A DNA stretch of 63,996 nucleotides, filler included, from Basidiobolus ranarum (taxonomy: Eukaryota), in NCBI GenBank assembly GCA_040143965.1. It is 6 parts of 6 records of this genome, joined end to end, with 100 filler letters (N's around TTAATTAATTAA, not from the genome) between each part and the next. Parts side by side here need not be neighbours in the genome. Positions count along the whole stretch, not along the records: positions 32,603 to 43,350 come from JASJQH010000669.1; positions 43,451 to 54,189 come from JASJQH010000670.1; 4 more parts are not named here. One strand, given 5' to 3'. Under the pieces are notes generated by a model. The model did no database searches. It was not told the DNA's origin and saw only the letters and a list, made by a program, of their open reading frames with translations. Within the stretch, counting starts at the first letter, position 1. Each line of letters begins with the position of its first letter. Shown here one piece after another: positions 33,514 to 45,850 of this stretch. Position numbers and translations under genes: made by a program.

Positions 33514-34254
33514 ATGGTAAATCATTTGAGTGGTATTCAACCCTATCAAAGCGAAGCATTCAATTAAATAAAGCTATGCTTCACATACCGAAAAAATACT
33601 AACTCGGAGTTTTCCTCATAGTCAGCGAGAATTATGAAGAAAAAGAAGAGAGCAGTACGTCAAAATTCCAACGTATTCGCAATCTTTGACCAAAAGCAAA
33701 TTGCCGAGTTCAAGGAGGCTTTCTCTATGATAGACCACGACTCGGATGGTTTTGTGGATAAAGAGGATTTAAAAGATATGCTTTTTCACCTTGGTAAATT
33801 CTTCACTCATTTATTGTTTCGACGTTTATCTATTGACTGTTTGTACTGACTTGGCATATGTTTAGGACAAACTCATTCTGACCAGTATATCGAGGACATG
33901 ATCAACGAGGCCCCTGGAAGTATCAACTTCACCATGTTCCTCACTTTGATGGGAGAGAAATTAAGTGGTACCGATCCCGAACATGATATATTGATGGCTT
34001 TCGAATGCTTTGATGACAATCGTTCCGGCTACATCAATGCTGATGATCTCCGAGAATACCTTACCGCTATAGGTGACCGCTTTACTGATGAAGAGGTAGG
34101 TTTACTTTTTGCTTCCACCTTTGAAACAACCACCCAAAATAGATAACCATTTGACATTCTCTAGGTTGATATCATGTATAAAGGACCATTTATCGATCAT
34201 AACAATAACTTCAATTATCGTGAGTTTGTTCGTGTCTTGAAACATGGAGAGTAA
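33514..34254 (+). CDS. RLC1: Myosin II regulatory light chain (EF-hand); exons 33514-33516, 33622-33793, 33866-34095, 34165-34254
   Basis: [43 protein letters not shown]...[25 protein letters not shown]...[14 protein letters not shown]; canonical introns. Confidence 0.93.
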
Positions 34255-35638
34255 TTTAATCATCCATCCCGCCAGCCTATGCACATAATTTGAGTAGGGA
34301 CAAATACCCCGGACGTCTATCATTAACTCTCTTTCGTGTGTTCTCGAGCGATTGTGGACAAGTTGTATTTCTTAGAAAGAAGTTGATGTAAATAAACCGA
34401 ATCAATTGATCACCTCTTGTAAAGGAGGATTCTGCTTTATAGCTGAGCCGGTCAAGCAAACATCAATCCATTTGGAACCATATCTTTATTTGGACTAATC
34501 TAGGTGGTGGGTGTGTGCCTACTCTTGAAGGTCATAGATACAAGTATTAGCAACTACTAAGATGCCAAATAGAACATAACTATCACCAAATATATACAGT
34601 GTTTGCTTAGCTAAACGCCTATTACTTCAGGGGGAGCTACAGGCAAACAAGTGAGACTCTCCTCACCCAGAGCCTTAAACAGCACCTACACCTACTCGTC
34701 CTAATACAACGTGGTATAGATTTTCGTTTTTTTCCTGAACCATGTATCAGTAAGACAAATGAACATCAGACTCCTCTCCCGTAAGCAAATTAACGAAACA
34801 GCCGCCTCTGCAAGATATTACTTCAATGACTCCTTTGTTTACTTCACCCATCCACTAGTAAACACAAATATCTTAGTAGTAGTACGCTAGTCATCACGCA
34901 CCTGTCCATTCATACGTGTACTCCCACTATGTAGCGAGACCAAAGCGCAAGGCAACCTCTAGAAGGCGAATATGCAACTATGGAATAGCCAATAAGAACA
35001 AATCGAACCTTCTCCAAGAGCCTCTAAAGGAATACACTACTAATGAAGTCAAGGAGAAATTACCTTCAGACTAGTTTGGAAAACTGTCCCACATTACTTG
35101 ATAAGTCAGAGAACCCATTAGATCAGACTCCGATCAGGTGTTTAGAGTCAGGTCATTGGTGACCGGGTGAATAAGCCATGTTTGGGCCTAATGCGGATTC
35201 ATACCATATGAATATACCAAGGAGCTTGAATGGTGGTTACCAAACAATGTCACAGTATTCACTAAAACCACACTCGCTAATTCAATAAATAGTCTCAAGA
35301 CTGCTTTACATTGGAGATGGGTAATTTGCTGAATCATAAATGTATATGTCCTATTAGCCCCTAAATTGTTACTCTAATCTGAGACCTTAGGTGCCACAGG
35401 TAAAACGAGCATAGATCTCAGCAACTGGAACATTCGGAAGAATACATTTCGTTCCCCTAACAGTAGTACTTCTGATTGGTGAACACTAATCTCATTGTTT
35501 GTCTTCTTTTCTTTCTTGAGTTAGTTAATTGTGTGTATGACCAATTATTAGTCCTCTCACTCTCTTACTCCAAACGACGTAAACTTCCCTTCCTATATCT
35601 TAGCATTAAATATAACCTTTATTCTGTAGTATATACCA

Positions 35639-36289
35639 ATGCGCTTTTCAACGCTCTCGTATGGAGCACTTTGCCTTCTAGGCTTCACATATATCATGTC
35701 GAACGTCTCTGGATATAATATGATAGGTTGTTACATAGATAATTTAAATAATCCCTCGTTGAAGGATGCAAGTAGTATTGATGTGGATCAATCAAGTCAG
35801 AAATGTGGAGATTTTTGTTCCAAACGGAAAACTGTCTATGCTGGAATTCGAGATGGAAGCACATGTATGTGTGGAAACGATCTGCCTTCTGAATCTCTTC
35901 TGGTCAAAGACGATTTATTATGCAACATTCCCTGTCCCGGTGCACCCCAAGAGAAATGTGGCGGAAAGATATACATGTCGGTCTGGATTGTAGGGTCCAA
36001 ATCATCATATGACTCTGTACAGCCTGTTACCGGCACTGGTCAAAGTACCAATATGGCGGGTTTAATAGGTGGTATAGTAGGTGGTGTGATTGGTTTGTTA
36101 CTTATCTTAGGCGGAGGGTTTTGGTGGTATCGTAAGAAACAACGAAACCAGAAAGTCAATAACCTCGGCCCTGAAAAATACGGCCCAGGCTTTACAACAA
36201 GTTGGAGATCCAGAAGTCGTTCTGATTTAAGCCTACGTGATGATTTTGACTACACTCATACCTTAAGAGTCACCAACCCTGACCCTTGA
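35639..36289 (+). CDS. WSC-domain single-pass membrane protein (Wsc1-like cell-wall sensor)
   Basis: Signal peptide, Cys-rich WSC domain (IGCY...CGDFC...CMCGN...CNIPCPG...CGG), TM helix LIGGIVGGVIGLLLILGGGFWWY, C-terminal LRVTNPD motif. Confidence 0.9.
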   Translation: MRFSTLSYGALCLLGFTYIMSNVSGYNMIGCYIDNLNNPSLKDASSIDVDQSSQKCGDFCSKRKTVYAGIRDGSTCMCGNDLPSESLLVKDDLLCNIPCPGAPQEKCGGKIYMSVWIVGSKSSYDSVQPVTGTGQSTNMAGLIGGIVGGVIGLLLILGGGFWWYRKKQRNQKVNNLGPEKYGPGFTTSWRSRSRSDLSLRDDFDYTHTLRVTNPDP

Positions 36290-37810
36290 AGACCACTTTC
36301 ATTCCTTCAGACAGTCACTCATTTTAAATAATTTTGTCTTGCGAACTCATTAACCACTTCATCGAATTACTTTTCCCCTTTATGTCCATGGAAGTCTCAT
36401 TCTCTCGCTTAGTGGGGTTCTGTTTACTTGTAAAACCCTTCAAATTGCTCCACGAAATTCGTGCTCAGCAAAAATGACGTTTTGTTCACAGATATATAAC
36501 ACCAATTCCATGTAACATCACTACTGCCCTTTGCTTTATCTGAACTGGGGAATATTTAAAAAGCTTCAGCACGCTATTTGCACATTTATTCTAATGGTGG
36601 CATAACACCAATCATTTAATACACATTTATTAGTGTTCTATTTATTTACTAAAGTAGCCCGAGGTCGACTCCAAGCCAGGTGCGACATGGGGATGTATTG
36701 AAAGTACAACCGTGAAGGAGGGAAGTTTTACTTCGAGGCAGTCTGCACTTTAGTTCAGAATATAATAAAATACCAAGTATTTCTTTGATGACTCGATTGC
36801 TTTAATGGTAATATAGGATTCAAGCGTGCCGACATCTATACCCCATACCAGCAAACATTCTTGATATCACTATAGTGACTTGTCTTTATGTAATGCAGAA
36901 AGGTGGGACAATCTATTTGGCTAGATGGAACATTTGTATGGTGTTGCGTGGAATTCATGAAATAGATTCCTATAACGAATAGTCAAACCGATGTATCTCG
37001 TCTAAGAATTTCAATTACCTTCAAAGTCGTCTGTCTAATCATAATCGATTCTGATCCTATTTGATCATGCTAGCGGGCTTTAAACGCACAAGCATTATTC
37101 ATATGGCTAAAATTATGTACATCTATTGACCAAGAAAACCATAGGAAAATCGGAATATGATAAAGATAAAGAGTAACGTGTTTCCAGAGAAGTCCGAAAG
37201 TACAAGTAAAGTAGGAGCAAGTACAATATTGGTTCCACTATAGAATTTATTGTATCGCCAACAGTATGGTTTATAACCGTCGCTTACTAAACTGGCACAT
37301 CCCCTTTAGCACTATTGCTCAAAAGAGAAAAGACGAAGATTATTACCTTTCATAATAATTCAACTATAATACTAAGGCTCAGGATACATTTAATATCCTC
37401 GAAAATGTTCATGTATCAACCCTGACTCTAAAGAACAGCAAAAGGGACGGATAGTCACCTTTTTTTGAAATAAAGAATTTGACGCTTCTCTACACATGAC
37501 CGAAAATTTTTACGCGTAAAATGATGGCATATCAACACTGGTCATATATACTTGTGTGCACATAGATCATTATACATTCACAAACATCTTGCCTTTCGAC
37601 TTTTGCTCAAGGTATAAAAACACGTTGGCTATTGACTTCTAATGGTTAACTTGTAACAATTCACCCAGATAAATTATAAGCAATATTACAGAAAATTTTA
37701 TTTGTATAAATTCATTCGCTTCGAAGATCAGACTGAAGGAGCGTTTCTTGGGAGGAGTTGGCTAATTGAAAAAAAATGATGGCATGGATTATAAGACAAA
37801 AATTTCTTCT

Positions 37811-38167
37811 TTAACGGCGACTACGTTCGAGAGCTATTTGTGAGAAAAGTAAAAATAAGTATAGTTAACTAAATCATGTGAAGAAAATCTGTTCTTACGA
37901 TTGTAGTGCAAGAGTTTCTCAATAAGATCAACATGGGTAAGAACCATTCTTCTGCAGCAGTATCTCTTCAAACCAAGAGCATCCATAGCCTCACTAATGG
38001 AATGGTAATAAAATAGGTTCTGATCAGCTAATACTCTTGAGTTAGGAATATACTGATAAAAAGAAACGTTACCCTTCAGTATAATCGGATTGTAATAAAC
38101 TGAGATAGTTGTCCCATTTATTACCGATAACTTTGCCACAAGTGAAGCATCTAACAGGAATGATCAT
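37811..38167 (-). CDS. RPB10: RNA polymerase I/II/III subunit RPABC5; exons 38167-38073, 37993-37899, 37833-37811
   Basis: [18 protein letters not shown]...[40 protein letters not shown]. Confidence 0.97.
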
Positions 38168-39906
38168 CGTGAAGCTAGAAGTGTATTTGACAAACTAAAA
38201 AAGCGTTCAGCTAAACGTGGAGTTCCTTAAACTATGTTTTTTAAAAAAAAAAAGTTCATATTTTTTGCTCATGAAATATATCACGTGCATTTTAGTGACT
38301 TGTCTGGAATTTAATAACAGAATTTTGTATACAAAACTAGAAAATAATATGAATGACTGACAAATAAGTATCTGACCTGAACCAATGAAAATATACTTAA
38401 ACGAGTAAATATTTTACCTTCGGTGAATGTGTTTCTGATTTAATGCGAATAAAGTACGTTTATTAATGGCAAACTCGCTGTTCATAGTTACGCTAGTACT
38501 ACGGACTTTTGGTTAAGTTTCTGCAAGTTAGGTAATGTATATAATATCTTCGCGATATTTTACTAATTCGGTTCTACTCCTATAAAGTTAGAGATCTTCT
38601 CACATAAACGCGTTGCTAAAACAGACGAAAATGAATTTGCTGAGTCTCAGATTGAATATATCACTTTCTCTCGTAGCCTCTAACTCAGAGTTGTATCGTA
38701 TAATATCCGTCGTAATTGGTGTTCGCTCTCCTATAACTATCACTGTAAGATAAATAAATTACCAAAACGCAGTTGCATACCCGTCCAGTAGGTTTTTACC
38801 ATGGCTTCTCTCTCTCTGAGAATGACTCTATTCTAATAGTATCTTGTGGTCATATTGTTGCTATCTGAGATGCTAATGCTACTTAAAGTTTGTTTGCTCT
38901 CCTCATACTCGTCCCCTCTAGAAATCGTCCTTTATCGATACTTCGCGTGACCAGTCGTTCGTATATATATTGTTTCTATAGTTGTTCCATCTAGCAGAGT
39001 TAGTTCTCCTTAGCTATCCACTGGATACAACCAATTCGATGGATTTTGAGCCTAGACTACTTTGGTTTATTAAATTTCTTTTCTTTCTCTTCAAACAAAC
39101 TACTGACGCTACATAGTCCAAATTGACTTCAAATGTCATGCAAATGGATTGTGAACAGCTGTGATAGAGGAAGGGCAAGGATAAACTTAATTATGAGGAG
39201 GGGAATCTATAAATAGAATTTCTACCTCAATATTTGGATTATTAAGTTGTAAGCTCTTTGTTTTTCAACGATAAACAAATGTAAATTGTCCAAAGCGCCT
39301 GGTAAAACACTTCCTATAGCTAGACCTAGGCGTTAACTCCTCCAACCATTACGTTACAAGCTCATCATTCATCAAATATATATACAATAGAACCACTGAA
39401 ATCGATGGAGCATCTCTTTTCAAGTCATACATGGCATTAATACTAACCAGGTGCACCCAACTTCGCTTATTATATCATATAGATCCGAAGATTGAATGTT
39501 CGGCATCAAATGGAACTTAACAATACCATTATCACCATATCCAAGAAAGCCGAAAGCCCATGTGGACTCACTCTCAACAGAGTTGCACGATACTTCATCA
39601 CTTTCATATTGAACTAGAAATTCAAGTAGCCGTTTATTGACAGAAATGGAAACGGATAACATAATATACAATTTGAAATCTCTACGATATAGTCTTGGTA
39701 TTCATTCGGAAGTCTAAAGTCGAAGACAGAGCTTATTGAATGGAAAGAATAGCCACTCTAAGAAACAACTTGTGAGCATCAAATGAGAAATCAAGGCAAC
39801 GGGATATGTAAAATAGAATTAGTACTAAGTTTGTAAGGTGATATTGAGAGCCGTAGGTGACGGTAAATTATTTAAAACAATGAGGACGTCAATGGCCAAG
39901 GTGAGC

Positions 39907-40736
39907 TTAAAAGGGCTTCAAATTTCGTTTCTTATCAACTCTTCTTTCTTTCATCTCACTGCTTCTTTTTCTTGGCGATTTTCCTTCTTCTTGGTAGATT
40001 CTATAATATGCATGTATTTCGGTTATTAATCTTGCTCGTTGAACGTAGTCTTCGTAGTTTTCGAGTAGTAAGTTTCCGGCTTCTTCGTTCAGGGCGGACT
40101 CAGGGTTGGGTTGGATAAGTAGACAGCGGAGCATCTGGTATTCAAATGTTGAGTAAAAAAGTAGTTCGTGACAATACAGAGATACTCTGACTAGAGCATA
40201 TACACATACCATCAAAATGTGTCTGACACCAAGGCTAGGGTGCCAATCGCATCTCAAAGTATTTACACAAACTTCACCGCTAGGAGAGATATTTGGATGA
40301 AATATCTTGGTCAAAAATTTACCTAAACAAAGAAAGGTTTCATTTCGTATAAGTTCTCTGAACAAAAGTATCATATAGAACTCCAAAGACACTTACAATC
40401 GGGTGGTGTATGAGGAAATTCACTAGTGAACATCAATTTCACTCGGAATGCTCCATTCTCGTAGGGCGTACCGGCTATAATGGGGATTAATGCGGTTACA
40501 AATAGAAGACTCTGGGTTGCAACTTACTTGGCCCATATATCCAAACTTGAAAATCAAAAAGATCGTTTTCGTTTATGATAACTCTTATATCTTGAATCGG
40601 ATTGAGGTGTAAGAAGTATAAATCTCGAATAATCTGCTTTATCGCTTCAGGTGAATGGTTTTGTCCAACTGGCTATGATGTAAAAAGGATTAGCTCATGA
40701 CACAGCCGTAGCAAAGGAAACCATCGAACTCACCAT
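39907..40736 (-). CDS. UBE2S: Ubiquitin-conjugating enzyme E2 S-like, 5 exons
   Basis: [34 protein letters not shown] (active-site Cys), [16 protein letters not shown], basic tail [21 protein letters not shown] at 40736-40734. Confidence 0.88.
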
Positions 40737-41294
40737 AATAGAAGTATGAAGAAAGTGGATCCCTTCCAGCGATATGATATGTTGGTGCAACTATAAACGT
40801 TTGACTTATGGTTGTTGTACTTATTCTTCCTCTTTCCGTCAAACTCACTTGCGCCAATGTTGTTGAAACACCAAACGCCCTATATACTGAAAACCCAGTT
40901 TTCTTTAGGTTTGAATGTTTTTTTCTCTTTTATTTTATATATTGATTGCTGCTTGTCAACCCGAATTTTTTTAGATACACCAATGTGAAATCATGTTACT
41001 GCGCTTTCATCGATAGGATTGGCTGCTAGTATAAAAGATCTCTACCGGTCGATGAGCCCGTCAGTTCCGGTTGATCAGCACATTGTTGCGATCTTAATAC
41101 CTAGAGAATTGGGCAACAACGCTTGGTTCAAGACGTTTAATATTGCAGAATAACACTACAGATGTGCTGTCTTAGTATTTATTGTGACAAAATATAATTA
41201 TCGAAACAAAGGGGAGTTGTTATAATGAAAAGCAGGATTGGGTAATTGTTTATTTTCCAGGGCATATGAACCGTGAATTTAGTACACAAAGAAT

Positions 41295-41720
41295 TTAGTT
41301 CTTGGAGACTTGAGCACTAATACGATCGAGGTCACGTTGGCCATCTTGGGTAAGCTTGCGACCACCGTTGGCAGATTTCTCGATGATGTTGATCTGTTCC
41401 AAAGCTTGGAGGACCTTACGGGCGACGGAGCCGGAACCGTCGGCGTGGTGAGAAGGTCTGCTACCACGGTTCTTGCTTCCACCGTGGAGTCTTCTCAAAT
41501 GTCCAACACCAACAGTTTTGTGGAGGTAGACATGACGAGCGACAGAAGCAGCTCTGATGTAGAACCAGTCCTGATCATAGGGACCCAACTCCTTATAAGT
41601 GGCGGTCTTGGCAAGGTCGACCCACTTGGGAACCTCGAGTTTGCCGGAACGCTTCAAGTGGGCAGCATAAGCCTTGATGAATTGATGGGAGTTGACGTCT
41701 TTAACGGTGATACCAGCCAT
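41295..41720 (-). CDS. RPS19: 40S ribosomal protein eS19
   Basis: MAGITVKDVNSHQFIKAYAAHLKRSGKLEVPKWVD...DWFYIRAASVARH...GQRDLDRIS. Confidence 0.98.
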   Translation of the reverse strand: MAGITVKDVNSHQFIKAYAAHLKRSGKLEVPKWVDLAKTATYKELGPYDQDWFYIRAASVARHVYLHKTVGVGHLRRLHGGSKNRGSRPSHHADGSGSVARKVLQALEQINIIEKSANGGRKLTQDGQRDLDRISAQVSKN

Positions 41721-41925
41721 CTAAATTAAAATGGATAAAATTAGTATGTTGATGGCAGTAATATCATAGAGTCTCGGGAGATTTTCAAAGAAGTTGATCC
41801 CAAAGTGGCTAGTTAAATGACATATATCCTTTCATGTTGGATCGATGCATCAGTCCAAATTAATCCTTAACAACGTAACTAGCCTTCTTTGACCTCAACG
41901 AAAGTAACATGACATATTTACGCAC
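41721..41925 (-). other. 205-nt 5'-UTR intron of RPS19 containing a long hairpin (41793-41899)
   Basis: AG|GTGCGT donor, ACTAAT branch-like site, TTTAG|ATG acceptor directly before the start codon; complementary arms GGCTAGTTA/TAACTAGCC. Confidence 0.75.
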
Positions 41926-43120
41926 CTTAAAATTCGTTTGTTCAAGGAAAAAGAGGGATATACTCAAAGTATGTCTGACTCCTTATACTCGGAAATTCTT
42001 TTTTTTTCGAAGATCTGAACCGGGGCAACTAGACCCAATCTCAATGGCAAGAAAAATCTGGAAGGCCCCTGTCAAAGATTAAGCAAGAATACTAAATCCA
42101 TGATCCAAAACCTATTGGTTATCGTCAGGACTTTAAGATTTTATATGGTACTCTATCGTAGCCTGATAAGGTTTAGCACCCCTAAGATCTCGAATGAAGA
42201 TAATACAGATGTGGTGGTTATATTCAGAAGCCATAGATTTTCCTTACTCTTACTTTATATACTTTTGCACTCTTTGGGATGCATATACTGAAAGCAAGTT
42301 TAAAGTACTCTCCAAACTATTAGTCTTCAACAAGACATCTCTGTAGAGTGAAGATTGAAGTTTGATCACCGCTGCTAGTATGCACTCTGATACTCTTTCT
42401 CAATTGCGAATCTCGATTATTGTGTATTGAAAAAGTACGATAATGTTAAAACAATCCATGGTAATTCGCATAATGCTGAAGCAACTATAGTTCTTTACTT
42501 TCACCTGTTATTTTCTCTCTAACGCAACACTCACTCTCAACCTAAATAATCTTGACCTTATCCCAATTACACTGAAAGCCATTTTGACCACTGAGGAAGA
42601 ATCCTCCGTTGAAACTCTTGATAGAGATGCCAAAGGGTGTTACTCAAGTTTTTGATTGTATTCTCCTGTGTTATGATAATATCTAACAATCTTTGCGCCC
42701 AGCTTATAGAATGATTGCTACTTGATATTGATCATTTAACATTCTTAGAAAGAATGTTGAACATGTTTAAGAAAGTTGGAAATATTTTGGAGCACTTGGA
42801 TATGACAAGAAATTTTACATTTCGAAGGTTAACACTCAGACATGATGTTATATGACCCAAGTATATGCTTTGATCACATTAGAAATTTGTGATGTTACAA
42901 CCGAAGGTATACATTTGTCAGTGAAACAATGATATCAGTATTGATATACTACTAAAGTATTTAGAGAGTGGCGACAATAATATGTGTTTTAGACAAGTAT
43001 AGAGATTCTTTATTCATAATGTTTTCGAGATGTTTTTAGTATACTTTATGCTCTACTTAACTTGTGAGCTGAAGTTGAAAGATATATTCTGATATCTCAC
43101 ATATGACAAGACTGTTAAAA

Positions 43121-43350
43121 TGTTAGAATTAAGCACCTAACTACTCATATATCTTGTTTGGCATAGTTGATGTTATTTAGTTGATATTTACAAGTCAATA
43201 TTTGTTAAGGTATTTGGGAGCCTGTTGGAAGTGGTTTGGAGAATTAGAGAAATCTGTGGTTTTTCATTTATTGATTTATTGAGTATTCAGTTGACATTTA
43301 TAGTTTTGTCAAGATGTAAACAAACTAGTATGTAGAATGTGTTAAGGAAG
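43121..43350. mobile_element. Two abutting Copia LTR fragments (43121-43202 on +, 43203-43350 on -)
   Basis: 43203-43350 aligns with 26188-26335; 43121-43200 starts TGTTAG and shares CACCTAACTA..TCATATATC with the LTR at ~32054. Confidence 0.7.
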
Positions 43351-43450
43351 NNNNNNNNNNNNNNNNNNNNNNNNNNNNNNNNNNNNNNNNNNNNTTAATT
43401 AATTAANNNNNNNNNNNNNNNNNNNNNNNNNNNNNNNNNNNNNNNNNNNN
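43351..43450. other. Artificial contig linker
   Basis: N44-TTAATTAATTAA-N44. Confidence 0.98.
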
Positions 43451-44913
43451 TGGATGCTCATGAGCTTCGTGTTGATCTTCTATCTAATCCTAGCGCTCCA
43501 AATGACGTTATTCCCTCCGTAGAGTATGTTGGCCATCAACTTGCTTTACTTCGTCGTCATTCTTCTCTTCCTGTCATATTTACTGTCCGTTCTCAGTCTC
43601 AAGGCGGCAAATTCCCTAATAAGGCCGAAGAGGAAATGTTTGTTCTGTTAGAAAAGGCTGTCAAATGGGGATGTGAGTACGTCGATGTCGAACTTGGATG
43701 GAATGCTCTTAAAACCGATGCCTTGATTAAAAACAAAGGAAATGCCCAAGTAATCGCTTCATGGCATGATGTCAAAGGAGAGATGAAGTGGGACAGTGAT
43801 GCCGTACAAGAGAGATACAATTTGGCATCTAAATATGGTGATATTGTTAAGTTAATATCTGTGGCCACCACCTTCAGTGATAACTTTGCTTGTCAAAAAT
43901 TCGTAGAGTCTAAGCAGAGCCACAAACCTACCATTGCCATTAATATGGGCCCTATTGGACAGCTATCTCGCATCCTCAATCCTGTCCTTACACCAGTTAC
44001 TCATCCTCTTATGCCTAACAAAGCTGCACCTGGACAGTTATCAGTCTCCGAGATTCACCAATCACGTGCTTTAATGGGTCTTGATACGCCCAAGCAGTTC
44101 TTCTTATTCGGTACACCCATATCGCATTCAATGTCTCCAACTTTACACAACGCTGGGTTTCAAGCATTAGGATTGCCCCATCGTTATGGTTTATATGAAT
44201 CCTCCACTGTCGACCCATTGAAAGAGGTGATTCACGCACCTAACTTTGGCGGTGCTTCTGTCACCATTCCCCATAAACTAGATATCATACCACTACTCGA
44301 TGAAGTCACAGCGACGGCCCAAGAGGTTGGAGCCGTTAATACGATTATTGTAAAGGAGACCGCAGGAGGTAACCAAACACTAATCGGAGACAATACTGAT
44401 TGGCTTGGCATTTACAATACAGCCAAAAGAGCACTTCCAGCAGCTGTTAAACTTGACAATGGATTAGTCATTGGCGCAGGAGGTACTTCACGTGCTGCTT
44501 TATATGCCTTACACAGGTTGGGTGTATCCAAGATTTATCTGTTCAATCGTACTCATGCTAAGGCTCAGGCCCTAGCTAGCGAATGTAAATTTGAGGTTAT
44601 ACCAATTGAATCACTTAATCAGTTATCGTCAGTTAACCTCCAAGTTGTTGTTTCTACCATACCTGCCGATAAGAGCGATCTTGAACTTCCAGATCATTTA
44701 TTCCAAGGGGCTACACCTGGAGTGGCGGTAGAATTAGCTTACAAACCACGGAAAACATCCTTCCTACAACAGGCCGAGAAATCAGGATGGGCAAGTGTTG
44801 AAGGAGTTCAAATTCTAATTGAACAAGGACTCTGGCAGTTCAGAAGCTGGACAGGCCGTCATGCACCTAGAGCACAAATGGAGACACAAGTGAACTCCAA
44901 ATATGATGCTTAA
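43451..44913 (+). CDS. ARO1: Pentafunctional AROM protein, 3' part (type I DHQase and shikimate dehydrogenase), 5'-truncated
   Basis: ELRVDLL, LPVIFTVRSQSQGG, YVDVEL, IASWHD, INMGPIGQLSRILN, AAPGQLS, FGTPISHSMSPTLHN, SVTIPHK, GAVNT, GDNTDWLG, GAGGTSRAA. Confidence 0.93.
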
Positions 44914-45850
44914 CGACATTTACAATTCTAATAATGCATGTGATAACAATTCTTTTTGAATGGATTCTAAGTAACAAAAATCAATCTGAATTTGTAATTA
45001 AAAACCGAGAAATTTAATTTAGTTTTAAGTTGCCATCGTTTGTATAGAGCTCATGAAGAAAGGTACACAGATATGTTTCATGACCAGAGTATTCCAATAA
45101 AATAGTCAAGATACTCATCAGTAAAGTTGCAGAATGAGTAAAATACCAAATCTAGCAGGTTTATAGATATCTATGCGTAACTTTTGTAGTGGTGCGATTG
45201 TTGTTTCATCTCGGCCATAATAGTGTTGATGCTGTAGGTAATTTGATCATTAAAATAAAATTTCGATTCATGTGCAAGTATAATAGAATATGACGAAATG
45301 CTGGAACTGGTTCGGTGATCGGAAAATTCACAACACCAATATTAAGATGATGGCAAGGCTTTGACAATGCCATTTGAGCTCTAGATTTCATTATAGCCAC
45401 ATTCTTATCTAGACAATCGATACCCTCCGGTAAATGCTTGGATAGTATTATCTTCCATTTTTGTAAGGTTGTTGCTTTGTATTTGCACAAGTGATACACC
45501 ATCAAAATCATGTCACGAGGTATGTACATCTGCGTGTATTCTTCTATAGCGATCTTCTTACTATTTGTTTCATCGGTTGTTGCATCAAGCCCATTGATTA
45601 ATAGCATCCACTTAAGTTGTTTCTAGCAACTGAACGTATCGATTCCTTTGAAACCGGACTTTTTGGTCGAAATCTCATCTCATTCGTTTAAGGAGAATGT
45701 TTGCCAAAAACCTATAAGAAGGCAGTCTTCCATCAGGGTATTCTCATTGCATTAGCTAGCAGTCAACATCCTATCCCCAAATTCTAATCTAAGCCTCTTA
45801 ACCATCTACAGACTGAGCCTCGTAATTTACATCAGCCTCAACTACCCATC

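Noticed and set aside
34300..39800. tRNA or other ncRNA genes in the long intergenic stretches
   Set aside because: I found no cloverleaf with a T-loop consensus or convincing snoRNA boxes by eye; tRNAscan-SE or Infernal would be needed to exclude them.
41310..41729. 139-aa plus-strand ORF and other antisense ORFs (2008-2481, 43599-43871, 49212-49565)
   Set aside because: They are antisense shadows of well-supported genes.
9333..44913. Chorismate-pathway cluster linking ARO1 and the isochorismatase genes
   Set aside because: They lie on different contigs separated by artificial linkers.
45206..45607. 133-aa minus-strand ORF
   Set aside because: No recognisable motif or supporting splice structure; it lies just upstream of the 45851 gene. 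Cannot be supported.
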